Assembly: GCF_009914755.1 (NCBI RefSeq)
Contig: NC_060946.1
DNA: 64,000 bases
Direction: 5' to 3' (one strand)
Source: the human T2T-CHM13v2.0 reference genome, Homo sapiens
This document shows, in pieces, positions 55,120 to 64,000 of the stretch. Below the pieces are notes generated by a model. That model was not told where the DNA came from and did not search any database. It saw nothing but the letters and a program-made list of their open reading frames with translations. A program made the position numbers and the translations under genes. How positions within the stretch are numbered: position 1 is the first letter of the stretch; the number at the start of each line of letters is the position of its first letter.

Positions 55120-64000
<8,881 letters not shown>

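Overview
This is primate, almost certainly human, genomic DNA that is very Alu-rich. The gene content matches the 22q11.21 low-copy-repeat (LCR22) module around RIMBP3/RIMBP3B. Paralog numbers come from recalled synteny and cannot be proven from the window. In order it contains: old L1 fragments (1-3.1 kb); degenerate tandem arrays with a 79-bp inverted repeat (3.1-5.3 kb); an 8-exon unprocessed carbonic anhydrase XV pseudogene whose last exon is split by an AluY (6.7-10.0 kb, +); the intronless CpG-island FAM246 ORF (232 aa, -); a possible decayed spliced gene on the - strand (13.7-15.9 kb); a solo ERV1-type LTR with a 129-bp internal duplication; a partial SUSD2 duplicate (exons 2-5) joined through an Alu to a truncated PI4KA exon; and the intronless 1639-aa RIMBP3-family CDS (35405-40324, +). 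Its likely 3' UTR carries a tailless 7SK retrocopy and is followed by an antisense SCARNA17 retrocopy. About 22 kb of nested Alus follow, including a U13 snoRNA retrocopy split by an AluY. I found no convincing new biological system. The best leads are the unassigned minus-strand exon chain, the SUSD2-Alu-PI4KA mosaic and the small-RNA retrocopies at the RIMBP3 3' end.
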